Assembly: GCA_963730185.1 (NCBI GenBank)
Contig: CAVSQW010000006.1
Span: 514,050-578,049 of the forward strand
Direction: 5' to 3'
DNA from: an uncultured Gemmatimonadales bacterium
GTDB taxonomy: Bacteria > Gemmatimonadota > Gemmatimonadetes > Gemmatimonadales > GWC2-71-9
Length of the DNA stretch: 64,000 nt
Notes under the pieces: model-generated
What the model was told of the DNA's origin: nothing
Databases searched by the model: none
Seen by the model: the letters and a program-made list of their open reading frames with translations, nothing else
Shown: positions 10,100 through 21,700 of the stretch, in pieces
How positions within the stretch are numbered: the first letter of the stretch is position 1
How the letters are laid out: each line of letters opens with the position of its first letter
Made by a program: the position numbers and the translations under genes

Positions 10100-11622
10100 C
10101 CGCGAAGCGCCCGCACCGCCTCGATGGTGTCGGCCTCGGCGGCTGACTTGTCCGGCCGATAGCCCTTGATCCGCGCGAAGCGGAGGGTCACCCCGCCGGG
10201 GTACTGGGAGCTCTCCTGGACCTCGTTGAAGGCGACCTCCACCACCAGCTCGGGTCGAACCCGCACCACCCGACCCTCCCGCCCCGTCTCGCGGGCCAGC
10301 AGCTCCCGGGTCTGCCAGGCCAGGATCTCGTCGGTCATTCCCTTGAAGGTCTTCCCCAGCATCACGACCCCGCCGGTGGCGGGGTCGCGGGCGCCGAGGT
10401 GAAGGTTGCTGAGCCAGCCCCGGCGGCGCCCCGACCCCCACTCGGCCGCCAGCACAATGAGGTCGAGGGTCCGGGCCCGCTTGATCTTGAGCCAGGCGCC
10501 GCCCCGCCGGCCCGCGGCGTAGGGCGCGTCGAGCGCCTTCGCCATCACCCCCTCGTGTCCCCGCGCCAAGGCGTCGGCCTCGAACGCGAGGGCCGGGTCG
10601 AGACGATCCGTCACGAGACGGGTTACGATCAGATCCGGCGGCAGGACGGCCGCCAGACGGTCGCCGCGCTCGGCGTAGGGATGGTCGAGCAGATCCTGAC
10701 CCTCGGCGTGGAGCAGGTCGAAGAAGAACGGCGTGAGCGGCAGCTCCTGGCGGAGAGCGTCGACGTCGAGCTTCCGGCCGAACCGGCGCATCGTTTCCTG
10801 GAACGGCCGCGGGCGCCCGTCCGCCGCGAGCGCGATGACTTCGCCGTCGAGGATCACGCGCTCGGCCGCCAGCGGCCGGATCAGCTCCACCACGTCGGGC
10901 ACCGCGTCCGTCACGTCGTTCAGGTTCCGGGTGAAGACCCGGACCTCGGCGCCCGACTTGTGGACCTGAATCCTGGCCCCGTCGAGCTTGAGCTCGAACC
11001 CCGCCCGGCCGAGTTGACCGAGAGCGTCCGGCACGTCGCGGGCCGAGCCCGCCAGCATCGGCTGGACCGGCCGGAAGAGCTCCAGCCGGTAGCCGGCCAG
11101 TCCCGCCGCGCCCTCGGTCATCGCCACCCGCGCCACGACGCCGAGATCGCCGGCCAGCATCGTGGCCCGCCGAACCGAGGCCGCCGGGAGGCCCGCAGCC
11201 TTGGCCACGGCATCGGCCATCACGCCCCCGAGCGCGCCCTGCCGAACCTCGCCCAGCGCCAGCGCGCCGAGAAAGGCCCGCTCCCTGGGCGTGGCCCGAT
11301 CGAGGAGCTCCCCGATCAGTCGCTGCCGCTCGGCGGCGGCGCCCTTCCCCTTCACCCGGCTGATTCGATCGAAGGCCTGGTCGACATCGGCCAGCAACAG
11401 GTCGGCGGACAGCTCGGTGATCTCCGGGCGGGCATCGCGGAGGGTGGCCCACCCGACGCCCAGCCGCCCCTGGCGCGGGGTCCCGACGAGGAAGCCCACG
11501 GCGATCGGGATCTCGTCCGGGGCGAGTCGGGAGATCAGATCTGCGAGCCGGCCGACCTTGTCGAGGCGGCCGGTCGTCGCGGCGACCCGTTCGGAAACGG
11601 CGACCAGCTGGGCGAGGCGCAT
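10096..11622 (-). CDS. ATP-dependent DNA ligase (LigB-like)
   Basis: PVQPMLA, motif I ELKLDGARIQVHK, LDGE, FFDLL, EGVMAK, WLKIK, LRFARI; likely start MRLAQLV. Confidence 0.93.
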   Translation of the reverse strand: MRLAQLVAVSERVAATTGRLDKVGRLADLISRLAPDEIPIAVGFLVGTPRQGRLGVGWATLRDARPEITELSADLLLADVDQAFDRISRVKGKGAAAERQRLIGELLDRATPRERAFLGALALGEVRQGALGGVMADAVAKAAGLPAASVRRATMLAGDLGVVARVAMTEGAAGLAGYRLELFRPVQPMLAGSARDVPDALGQLGRAGFELKLDGARIQVHKSGAEVRVFTRNLNDVTDAVPDVVELIRPLAAERVILDGEVIALAADGRPRPFQETMRRFGRKLDVDALRQELPLTPFFFDLLHAEGQDLLDHPYAERGDRLAAVLPPDLIVTRLVTDRLDPALAFEADALARGHEGVMAKALDAPYAAGRRGGAWLKIKRARTLDLIVLAAEWGSGRRRGWLSNLHLGARDPATGGVVMLGKTFKGMTDEILAWQTRELLARETGREGRVVRVRPELVVEVAFNEVQESSQYPGGVTLRFARIKGYRPDKSAAEADTIEAVRALRG

Positions 11623-11674
11623 CGTCAGGGCGTCGCCGAGAAGGGGCGCATCGCCCGACTCCATCGCCTCGGGG

Positions 11675-12799
11675 TCAGAGTCTGGGCGCCCTCACCCCGC
11701 CCGTGGGCACCCACCGGCAGCCCGCATCGTCGATGCCGAAGCCGAGGATCTCGGACCGCACCCGGTCGTCGTCGGTCACCGTGCGGGAGAAGACGAAGAG
11801 CGAGTCGCCCTGAAAGGCGGGGAGCGACAGCAGGTCGCCGGCCACCGGAACCCGGGCGTCGACGCAAGCCTGGCTCAGGTCCGGCGACAGCAGTGACACG
11901 TAGTAACGATAGTTGATGAAGTCGGTGGGCCGGTCCCGGGACGCTTGGTCGACATCGAGGTACACGGCGGCGAGCTCACCGGTCGCGAGTCGGTGCAGGC
12001 CGGCGCTGAGAGAGCCCACCGGCTGAAAGGGGGTGGCCCCGGCGGCGGCGATCCGTCGGCGCTGGCGGTCGAACAGGTCGTCCGGGTCGCCCCGACGGTC
12101 GCGCCAGGGAATCGTCACGAAGCCCACCAGCCGCCCCGAGCGATCGAGGATCTCGAGGCCGGGCTCGGTGGGAAGCTGCGCCAGGTAGCCGTCGGTGGTC
12201 GGGACGACTTCCGAGCGCCCGTGCCGGATCGTGATCGGCATCGCGGTGAGCAACCGAGCCGGTGTGGTCCCCAGCGTCACCATGGAATCGGTCTCGAGGC
12301 TCCATCGAACCACCATCGCCCGCGCCAGATGGGCCGCAAAGATCACGGTGTCGCCCCGGCGGGTCCAGCCCTGCCCCACGTCCTGAACCGGCAGCGGCAC
12401 GAGCCGGACGAACGAACGGTCGACCAGCGAGAAGAGCGTCAGGCGCCGGAGGCCGATGTCGCTCACGGCCAGGAGCGACCCCGCAACGACGCCGGTCGCG
12501 GCCGGGAGGCGAAGCTCGCCGGGCCCGCTCCCCGGTCGGCCCAGGACCCCCACCAAGCCGCCGACCGGCGAGAACTGGACCACCCGCCCCCGATCGACGT
12601 CGGTAACGAACGACGAGCCGTCGGCCCCTCGGCTCAAGAAGGTGAAGTTGCCGATCGGGAGGTCCCCCGGCTCCTCGACTCGCACCGGCGCCAGCCGCAC
12701 CAGCGACGGCCCCGCGGCGTCGCTGATGGGACCGTCGGCGGTGCGCGCGCACGCGCCGACGAGGGCCAGGATGCCCGACAACCATCTGCGGCCGGTCAT
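11675..12799 (-). CDS. 6-bladed beta-propeller lipoprotein
   Basis: MTGRRWLSGILALVGAC lipobox; FVTD..RVVQF...LGRPGSGPGELRLP...LAVSD blade motifs. Confidence 0.75.
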   Translation of the reverse strand: MTGRRWLSGILALVGACARTADGPISDAAGPSLVRLAPVRVEEPGDLPIGNFTFLSRGADGSSFVTDVDRGRVVQFSPVGGLVGVLGRPGSGPGELRLPAATGVVAGSLLAVSDIGLRRLTLFSLVDRSFVRLVPLPVQDVGQGWTRRGDTVIFAAHLARAMVVRWSLETDSMVTLGTTPARLLTAMPITIRHGRSEVVPTTDGYLAQLPTEPGLEILDRSGRLVGFVTIPWRDRRGDPDDLFDRQRRRIAAAGATPFQPVGSLSAGLHRLATGELAAVYLDVDQASRDRPTDFINYRYYVSLLSPDLSQACVDARVPVAGDLLSLPAFQGDSLFVFSRTVTDDDRVRSEILGFGIDDAGCRWVPTGGVRAPRL

Positions 12800-13085
12800 G
12801 GGGAACGATCTCCGGGGACGGAACGGGGACTTCGGGAGCTCCAAAGACAAGATAGGGTGGTCGGGGAGGGCTGGGCCAGCGGGATTGATCGGAAAGGTCC
12901 GGCCGGGTCCGTCCAATCCTGGGTAGGTTTCGCCGGCGGTTCGGGGGGCCGGCAACCAAATGCCAGCCAAGGGCGCATCCCTTCGGCCCCCTCGCGCATC
13001 TAAGACGTGGCCGGACACCTCGTGGACCGGCACCCGAGCCTCGGGGCCTGACGCCCCGTCCCACGCGCGGTAAGATCATAAGGCT

Positions 13086-14399
13086 ATGACACGATTCCGG
13101 CTCTCCCTGCCGTCCCTCGCCGCGTTCCTGCTGACCATGGCATCGCCGGCCGGGGCGCAGACTCGCGCCGTGACCCTCGCCGAGGCGATTCAGCGGGCCG
13201 AGACGATCGACCCGACGCTGACTCAGGCGGAATCCAGCATCAAGACCACCGGCGCGACGGTCCGGGCGCAGTACGGCAATTTCCTTCCGCGCCTCCAGGC
13301 CACCAGTCAGTACAACTCGCTCTTCTCCAGCGGACCCGATCGAATCAACCCGGTCACCAACGAGGTGATCAGCGGCAACACCACGGCCACCACGGTCACC
13401 TTCGGCGCCGAGGCCCAGCTCAACCTCAACAGCGGGTTCCAGCTCTTCACCGGCCTGAGCGCCGCCAAGGCCCAGCGCGACCAGGCCGAAGCCAGCTACG
13501 ACCAGCAGCGGGCCAATCTGGCGCTCCAGACCACGAACACGTTCCTCGACGCCCTCCAGGCCGCCGACGTGGTGCGGGTTCGTGAAGCCGCCGTTCAGCG
13601 GGCCGAGGAACAGTTCCGCGTGGCGATGGCCAAGCTGGAGACCCGGGCGGGCACCGTGGTGGACTCGCTCCAGTCCGCGATCACGCTCGGTCAGGCTCAG
13701 TTGGCGGTGTATGAGGCGCAGGCCCAGGTGGCCGCCAACCAGGCGCTCCTGGCCCGAGTCGTCGGTGAGGAAGGCCAGGTGGAGGCGGTGCCCGACTCGA
13801 GCCTCTTCGAGTTCTATCGAATCAGCGATACCGCCGCCCTGATCGCCGAAGCGGGCAGCCGCTCGCCGCAGGTGATCGCGGCCGAAGCCGGCCTCCGGGC
13901 GGCGCACAGCCAACTCAAGGGCGCCAAGTCGTCCTACCTGCCACTCCCCTCGCTCAGCTTGAGCCTGGGGAGCAACTACCGCGGCCCCGGCGACTATCAG
14001 CGGCTCAGCAACCGGGGGATCACCCTAACCGGGACCTGGACCCTGTTCGACGGCTTCGGCCGGGAACGGCAAGTGTCCCAAGCGGCGGCCCAGCTGGAGA
14101 ACGCCGAGGCCACCGCCTCCGACCGGCACCGTGAGGCGCAGGCCCAGATGATCGGGCAGATCGCGAACCTCCACGCGGCGGAGCAACGGCTGACCCTGTC
14201 GCAACAGGTGCTCCAGGCCTCGCGCGCCAATCTCCAGGTCCAGCTGGAACGCTACCGTCTCGGGACCGTTCGGAGCGAGGACGTGAACATCGCTCAGGAC
14301 AAGCTCAACCAGGCCGAGCTCGACGCGGTGCTGGCGCGGTATGCCTACGTCCGGGCCAAGGCGCAGATCGAGGCCGTGCTGGGACGGCGGCTCAGGTAG
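13086..14399 (+). CDS. TolC-family outer membrane efflux protein
   Basis: Signal peptide; TLAEAIQRA, FLPRL and YLPLPSL repeats, WTLFDGF, ERYRLG. Confidence 0.9.
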   Translation: MTRFRLSLPSLAAFLLTMASPAGAQTRAVTLAEAIQRAETIDPTLTQAESSIKTTGATVRAQYGNFLPRLQATSQYNSLFSSGPDRINPVTNEVISGNTTATTVTFGAEAQLNLNSGFQLFTGLSAAKAQRDQAEASYDQQRANLALQTTNTFLDALQAADVVRVREAAVQRAEEQFRVAMAKLETRAGTVVDSLQSAITLGQAQLAVYEAQAQVAANQALLARVVGEEGQVEAVPDSSLFEFYRISDTAALIAEAGSRSPQVIAAEAGLRAAHSQLKGAKSSYLPLPSLSLSLGSNYRGPGDYQRLSNRGITLTGTWTLFDGFGRERQVSQAAAQLENAEATASDRHREAQAQMIGQIANLHAAEQRLTLSQQVLQASRANLQVQLERYRLGTVRSEDVNIAQDKLNQAELDAVLARYAYVRAKAQIEAVLGRRLR

Positions 14400-14471
14400 A
14401 TCGGGAGACGGGGAGGGACGGGGAGGGACGGGGAGGGACGGGGGGTTGGGAACATACTCGAGATCGGGAGA
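14398..14471 (+). repeat. G-rich decamer tandem repeat between 11-bp direct repeats
   Basis: GGGAGGGACG x3 (14411-14440) plus partial units; AGATCGGGAGA at 14398-14408 and 14461-14471. Confidence 0.85.
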
Positions 14472-14475
14472 GGGA

Positions 14476-15597
14476 ATGGCTCCACTCAGGGTGGGTGCGA
14501 CCTCGTTGATGCTGGCGGCGGTGGTGGTGGCGGGGGCGTGCAAGGGCAAATCCGACGACGACGCCGCGGCGGCCAAAGCCGACACCCTCGCGGCGACGAG
14601 TGGGATGACGCTGCCGGTGGTCGGCGCGCCGGTCCGGAAGGGCGACCTGGTCCTGACGGTCACCACCACGGGACAGGTGCACTCCGACGCGGTCGCCACG
14701 CTTCGGAGTGAAACCCAGGGGCCGATCACCGCGGTCCTGGTCCGGCCGGGGCAGCGGGTCAAGCAGGGCGACCCGCTGGTGCAGGTGGACCCTCGCCTCC
14801 TCGACATCGCGGTGGCGCAAGCGCAGGCCGGCTACGAGAAGGCCCGGCTCAATGTGCTCGACAACACCGTCCCGGACTCGATCGTGACCGGCAAGGCGGT
14901 CACTGGTGTGCGGCTCCGAAACGCGGAGATCCGGGCCGGCCTCGACGAGGCCAAGGCGGCGCTCGCCAAGGCCAAGCTCGACCGCGAGAAGGCGACCGTC
15001 ACCGCGCCGTTCGACGGGACCATCGACGAGGTCAAGGTCGCGGTCGGCGCCCGGCTCAACCAAGGTGACGAGGTCGCCAAGATCGTGGACCTCTCGAACC
15101 TCCGGATCGAGGCCCAGGTACTGGAGCACGATCTCCCCTACATCAAGCTGGGCGGTGAGGCCTTCATCACCGCCGCCGCGATGCCCGAGAAGTCGATCCG
15201 GGGCCGGGTGACGGCCATCCTGCCGCTGGTCGACAGCTCGACCCGCGCCGGGCGCGCCGTGATCCGGGCCCCGGGCGACGGCGTGCTTCGCCCCGGGATG
15301 TACGCGGACGTCCGGCTCGAAGCGACTCGGCTCCCTAACCGGATCATCGTTCCCGCTCCCGCGATCATCGAGCGAGACGGCCGCCCCCTGGTGTTCGTGG
15401 TGAAAGACGGCCGGGCCCAGTGGGTGTACATCAACCCGGGCCGGTCCAACGGCACCGACACCGAGGTGCTACCCGACAGCACCACCGGCCAGATCCCGCT
15501 CCAACCCGGCGACACGGTGATCGTCGAAGGCCACCTGACGCTGACCCACGACGCGCCGGTCCGGCTGGTCGCCAAGGCCGAGCGAAAGGGGAGCTGA
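14476..15597 (+). CDS. RND efflux periplasmic adaptor (MFP), lipoprotein
   Basis: Lipobox VAGAC; VRPGQRVKQGDPL, VTAPFDG, LRPGMYADV. Confidence 0.92.
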   Translation: MAPLRVGATSLMLAAVVVAGACKGKSDDDAAAAKADTLAATSGMTLPVVGAPVRKGDLVLTVTTTGQVHSDAVATLRSETQGPITAVLVRPGQRVKQGDPLVQVDPRLLDIAVAQAQAGYEKARLNVLDNTVPDSIVTGKAVTGVRLRNAEIRAGLDEAKAALAKAKLDREKATVTAPFDGTIDEVKVAVGARLNQGDEVAKIVDLSNLRIEAQVLEHDLPYIKLGGEAFITAAAMPEKSIRGRVTAILPLVDSSTRAGRAVIRAPGDGVLRPGMYADVRLEATRLPNRIIVPAPAIIERDGRPLVFVVKDGRAQWVYINPGRSNGTDTEVLPDSTTGQIPLQPGDTVIVEGHLTLTHDAPVRLVAKAERKGS

Positions 15598-15603
15598 CCG
15601 CTC

Positions 15604-18600
15604 GTGTCGATCGCCGCCGCCGCCCTTCGCCGGCCCGTCACCACCATTGCGGCCACGACGGCCCTCGTCCTCCTGGGAGCGGTGTCCCTGGGGCGCTTGC
15701 CGGTCTCCCTCTTGCCCGACGTGACGCTGCCGGTTCTCACCATCCGAACCAGCTATCCCGGCGCCGCGGCGCCCGAGGCCTCCCGGTTCGTGGCCGAGCC
15801 GATCGAGGAGGCGGTGGCGGCGACCCCCGGGTTGGTCGACGTGCGCTCGGTGAGCCGGAGCGGCGAGGTCACCACCACCCTCCGCTTCGCCTGGGGGACC
15901 GACATCCCGCGGACCGTGCTCGACATCCGGGAGCGGCTCGACAACGTGCGGGCCAGGCTCCCCGATCGAGCCGACCGGCCGGTCCTCCTGACCAGCGACC
16001 CGGGCGAGCGCCCGATCGCGGTGCTCGGCCTCACGGCGGCAGGCGACCTCCGAAGCATCGCCCGCCAGGCCAAGGACGTGCACGCCCGCCGGCTGGAGCA
16101 GCTGGCCGGGGTCGCCAGCGTCGCGGTGGTAGGCGATCCCAAAGACGAGATCCGAGTCGACGTGGACCCGGAGCGGGCCCGGTCGCTCGGCATCACCCCG
16201 GGCGACGTGGCCACCGCGATCCAGAACGCCAACGTCGCGGCGCCCGGCGGCACCGTGCGGCGCGGCCAGTTCCGGTACTCGCTCCGGGCCCTGACCGAGT
16301 TCCAGTCGGTCGCCCAGGTCGAGGAAACACCGGTCGGGCCGGCCCGCGCCGGGATCCGGCTCAAGGACATCGGGTCGGTCAGCTTCGGATTGGCCGATCC
16401 CAAGACCCTGACCACGCTGGACGGACGTCCGGCGGTCGGCCTGGTGATCTACAAGGACGCGGGCGCCAACACGGTGGCGGTGACCCAGGATCTCTTCAAG
16501 GTGGTCGACCAGCTCACCAAGGAATTTCCCGAAACCCGAATCCAGCTGGTGGCGGCGCAGGCCGACTTCGTGGTGGCCGCGCTCAGCAACCTCGGCCAGG
16601 AGATTTTCATCGGCGGAGCGCTCTCGCTGATCGTGATCCTCCTCTTCCTCAAGGACTGGCGGGTGTCGCTCGCCATCGGCCTGATGGTCCCGCTCTCCGT
16701 GATGGTGGCGCTCACCCTGCTCCAGGTCATGGACGTCACCATCAACATCCTGTCGCTGGGCGGCTTGGCGCTCGGGGTGGGCCTCTTGGTCGACAACGCC
16801 ATCGTCGTGGCGGAGGGTACCGGCCGCCATCTGGAGACCGGCAAATCCCGGGAGGAGGCAGCGCGGATCGCCAGCCGAGGAGGTCACCGGTCCCCTGGTC
16901 GCAGGCACCCTCACCACCCTGCTGGTGTTCGGCCCGATCGTGTTCGTCCGGGGGCTGGCGGCGGCGCTCTTCCGCGACTTGAGCCTGAGCGTGGTCGTGA
17001 CGCTCACGGCCTCGCTGGTGCTGGCGCTGACGCTGATGCCGGTGATGATGACGTGGGGGCGCGGACCGCCGGGCCGACGGGCCGAAGGCCGGGAAACGGG
17101 AGAGCCCGGGATTCTGGATCGAATCGGACATGCCTGCTCGGAATGGTACGAGCACGGCATGCTCTGGTCACTCCGGCATCCGGGCACCGTCTTCACGATG
17201 TCGGCAGTGCTCACCGTCCTGATGGTCGTGGTGACCATGCGGCTTCCCCGGGAGATCCTGCCGCAGGTGGACGAAGGCATCGCGGTCGCCCAGCTCAAGC
17301 TCCCGGAGGGCACCGTCGATCCAGGAGACCACCCGTCAGGTCAAGCGGATCGAGGCGGCGGCCGAGGCGCTGGGATCGAAGGGGATCTACAGCCGGATCG
17401 GGACCGCGACCGACGAAGAGGTCCTGGCCGGCGCCGATCCGGGCACCTCCGCCACCGCGCAGATGCTGATCCCCCTCCCCACCGACCGCTCGGCGACCCG
17501 CTTCGCGGACCAGCTGCGGGACGCGGTGCCGGATCTCTCGAGCGGGGCGCTGGCGATCGACCTGGCGGGACAGTCGGAATTCGGCAGCCTGATCGGCCGG
17601 GAGGGCCGCCTGGTCCGGGTCGAGGTCTCGGCCGCCCGGATCGAGGAGGCCGCCCAGTGGGCCGACACCGCGCGGGTCCACCTGGCCGACCTGCACCACC
17701 CTGGCCGACGTGCGCGACGCGTTCGCCAGCACCCAGCCCACCGTCGAAGTGACCCTGGACCGGGCCCGGATCGCCCAGCACGGCATCTCCACCGACCAGG
17801 TCGCCAACGCCCTGGCCGGCGCCCTCGGCGGAGTCGAATCGGGCGAATTCCGCGAGCCCGACCGGCGGACCCCGATCATGGTCCGCTACACCGGCAACGC
17901 CAACGAGGACCTGGCGACCGCACTGGCTACCCCGGTGAACCGGATTCCGCTGGGCCAGCTGGTGAGCACCCGCGAGGTCCGGAGCCCGATCGAGGTGGTC
18001 CGGATCAACCAGCGCCCGGTGAGCGTGGTCGAGGCGATGGTCGAGCGGGGCGGCCTGGCCCGGGCCACCGACGACGTGACCCGGACCCTCGCCGGGCTCA
18101 CGCCCCCGGCCGGGATCCAATGGACGGTGGGCGGCGCCGATGAGGAGCAGCGCCGGACCACCAGGGAGCTCACCCTGGTGGCGGTGCTCTCGGTGGCCCT
18201 GATGTTCCTGGTGCTGGCCGGCGAGTTCGCGTCGTTCACCACCCCGCTCCTGGTCATGCTGACCGTCCCGCTGGCCGGCGCCGGCGGGATTCTCGTTCTC
18301 TGGCTCACCGGCCAGAGCCTGAATGCGGTCGCGTTGATCGGCATCATCGTGATGATCGGCATGGCCGACAACGAGGCGGTCGTGAAGCTCGACGCGATCC
18401 AGCGCTTCCGCGAGGCCGGCCACCCGATCGAGGAGGCCGTCCTGCTGGGAGGCCGCCAACGGCTCCGGGCCATCGCGATGACCTCGATCACCACCATCAC
18501 CGGCGTGCTTCCACTCGTGTTCGGCTGGGGCAGTGGCGGCGCGCTCTACCAGCCCCTGGCGGCCGGGGTGATCGGCGGGTCGGTGACGGCGCTGGCGGTG

Positions 18601-18708
18601 ACGTTCTTCCTGCTCCCGACGGCGTACGTGGTGGTGGAGCGCCGGAAGGAGCGGAAGGCGGCGGAGGCGGCCTTGCGGGCGGGTACGACGGCGGGGGCGA
18701 CGACGTGA
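15604..18708 (+). CDS. RND efflux permease subunit 1 (3 apparent frameshifts)
   Basis: LPVSLLPD, AEPIEEA, TM4 GLLVDNAIVVAE, RQRLRAIAMTSITT; pieces join at ~16876, ~17315 and ~17695. Confidence 0.9.
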
Positions 18709-21700
18709 TCCGCTGGGCGTCGACCCGGCCGTCGGTCGTGTGGGCCACCGGGATCGCCCTGATCCTGGCGGGCGGCGTGGCCTTTACCCGGCTGCCGCTC
18801 GCCACCAAGACTCGGGTCGACCTCCCCCGACTCACCGTGGGCGTGAGCTGGTCCGGCGCGGCGCCCGAGGTGGTGGAGAGCTACGTCACCTCGCCGATCG
18901 AAGAGGCGATCCAGGGCGTCAAGGGCGTCAAGAAGGTCACCAGCGAGTCGAGCGAAGGCTCCTCGAACATCACCATCGAGCTCGAGCCCGAGACCGACGT
19001 GACCATGGCCCGGCTCGAGATCCACGAGCGGTTGGAGCTGATCCGGAAGGGCTTCCCGATCGGGGTGGGCGCACCGCAGGTGTCCAACTACCAGCCGCCC
19101 GAGCTCCAGGAGGAAGCCCTCCTCACCTACACCTTCTCCGGTCCCTATACCCCCGGAGCGCTCACCAAGATCGCCCGCGACAAGATCCAGCCGAGGATCT
19201 CCACCGTGCCCGGCGTGTCGAGCGTCGGCACCATGGGCTCGGCGGAGACCCGGGTGTCGGTGATCTACGACCCGGTGCGCCTCCGCCAGCTCGATCTCTC
19301 TCCCGAGCTTCTCGCGGCCGCCCTCCGGAACGCCCGGGTGGTCCGGGCCCTCGGCAACGAGCGGGTGGGCACCAGCGTCATCGCCGTGGCGCTCCGCGAC
19401 CAGCCGTCGGTGCTCCCCGATCTGGAGAACCTCGCCGTGCGGGCGTCGAGCGGGAGGGTCTTCCGCCTGGGCGAGCTGGCGACGGTGCGGCCCGAGGAAG
19501 ATACCGGCGGCCAATTCTATCGGATCAACGGCCGGACCGCCGTCGGATTCCGGGTCTTCCGCGACGCCGGCGCCGACGCCATCAAGACGGCCGCCCGGAT
19601 CAAGGCCGCGGTCACGGCCCTGATCCCGACCCTGCCGCCCGGGATCGGCTTCCAGCTGATCTCGGACGAGAGCAAGGACCTCGCGAAGCAGCTCCGCGAC
19701 CTCACCCTCCGTGGCGGGATCGCCTTCCTGGCCGTGATGCTGGTCCTGGCCATCGCGCTCCGGAACTTCACCTCGATCTGGCTGGTGATGGGGAGCGCCG
19801 CCGTCGCGATCGCCGGGACGGCCCTCGGTCTCTACCTCCTCCAGATTCCGGCCAATCTGCTGACGCTGGCCGGGTTAGGCATGGGGATCGGTGTCCTGGT
19901 CCAGAACGGCCTGGTGGTGGTGGAGCGGCTCCGCCACGCGCCCGACACCCCGGCGGGGCGGGCCGAAGCCGGCCGGCGGATCACCCCGGCGGTGCTGGGT
20001 TCGACCCTGACCACCGCGGTGGTGCTCTTCCCCTTCCTCTACCTCCAGGGCGACGCCCGGGCCGCCTTCGTGCCGTTCGCCGCGGCGTTCGCGATGGGGC
20101 TCGGGTGGTCGGTGCTGTCGTCCCTGGTGATGATCCCCGCCGTCGGCGCCGGGCACGGGCTGGCCCGGCGGCGCTGGCGGCGGCTCCAGCGCCTCTACGT
20201 CCGGTTGCTGCTGCCGCTCCTTCGCTGGCGTTGGGCCACCCTGGCCGTGGTCGGCGCCCTGTTGGTGGTGGCCGGGTGGGGCTTCGCCACCAAGGTGCCG
20301 CGAGCCAACTGGGGAGACTGGTTCGGCCAGCGGACCACGCTCCGCGTCTTCCTCACCTTTCCCCACGGCTCCGATCCGGAGAGCCTGGACCGGGCCATCG
20401 CCGAGTTCGAGCAGATCGCGGTGGGGCGGCCCGGGGTCGAACGGGTCGACGCCCAGAGCCTGGGGTCGGTCGGCGCCGGTGGGGTCAGCGTGCTCTTCAC
20501 CCGCGAGGCGGGCTTCACCTCGATTCCCCTGGTGATGCAGGAGGAGATGACCCAGCGCGCCGTGCTGATCGGGGGCGCCACGATCACCGTTCAGCGGCCA
20601 GGGCCCCGCCTTCTTCAGCGGCGGCGGCGCCAGCAGTGTCTCGTTCCGGATCAAGATCCTGGGCTACTCCTTCGCCGGCGTGGAAGGGCTGGCCAAAGAC
20701 CTTCAGGCCCGGTTGGAGCAGATCCCCAGGGTCCGCGAGGTGAACATCAACGCCGGCAGCTTCTTCGGCCGCGAGCGGAGCATGAACGTGACCCTGGAGC
20801 CGGACCGCGACGCCATCGCCCGGGCCGGGATCACCACCAGCGACTTCGCGAGCGCGGTGCTCCGGGAGGTGTCGGGATCGGTCGGGCGGCACCCGGCTCG
20901 AGCTCGACGGCGACGAGATTACGGTGACGCTCAAGGCCAAGGGCGCCCGGGACCGCTCGCTGCTCGAGCTCAACGACGCGATCGTCCCGACCCCGACCAA
21001 GGCCCCCATTCGGATCAGCGACCTGGCCAGCCTCGGCGAGAACGAAGGTCTCGGGCGGATTACCCGGGAGGATCAGCAGTATGTCCGGATCGTGAGCTAC
21101 GACTTCCGGGGCCCCGCCAAGCTCGCCAACCGGACCCACGACGCCTTCATGGCCTCGATCAGCGTCCCGCCGGGGTATTCGGTCGGCGACGAGAAATTCG
21201 AATGGCAGACCGACGACAGCAGCAAGGGGCTCTGGATCGTGTTCGCCGCCGGCATCACCCTGGTGGTGCTGTCGGTGGCCTTCGTGTTCGACTCGATCTG
21301 GGCCACCAGCATGGTGTTCCTGGGGCTCCCGGTGGCGCTGGCGGGAGTCGCCGGCGTGTTCTGGGGGACGGGCACGGCCTTCACCCGCGAAGCGGCCGTG
21401 GGGGTGATCCTGGTGGTCGGGCTGGCGGTGAACCAGACCATCCTCTTCGTGGACGGGCTGCTGGGCCGGGGCACCAAGGGCCGCTACCGCCGGGGCACCA
21501 GCGGCCCCGCCGTCGTGGCCACGGCCCGCGACCGCTCCGGCATGATCCTGCTCGTGACCTTCACGACCATTGCCAGCCTGGTGCCGCTCGCCGTCGGCAC
21601 CGACGCCGACAGCCTGTTCGGCTCGATCGCCCTGGCCACCTCGGGCGGCACGGTGGCCGGGACGCTGGGCGCGCTCTTCATCGTGCCGGTCCTCACCCTC

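Noticed and set aside
14403..14450. CRISPR array (also considered at 57921-57988)
   Set aside because: Units are 7-10 bp with no unique spacers, and there are no cas genes.
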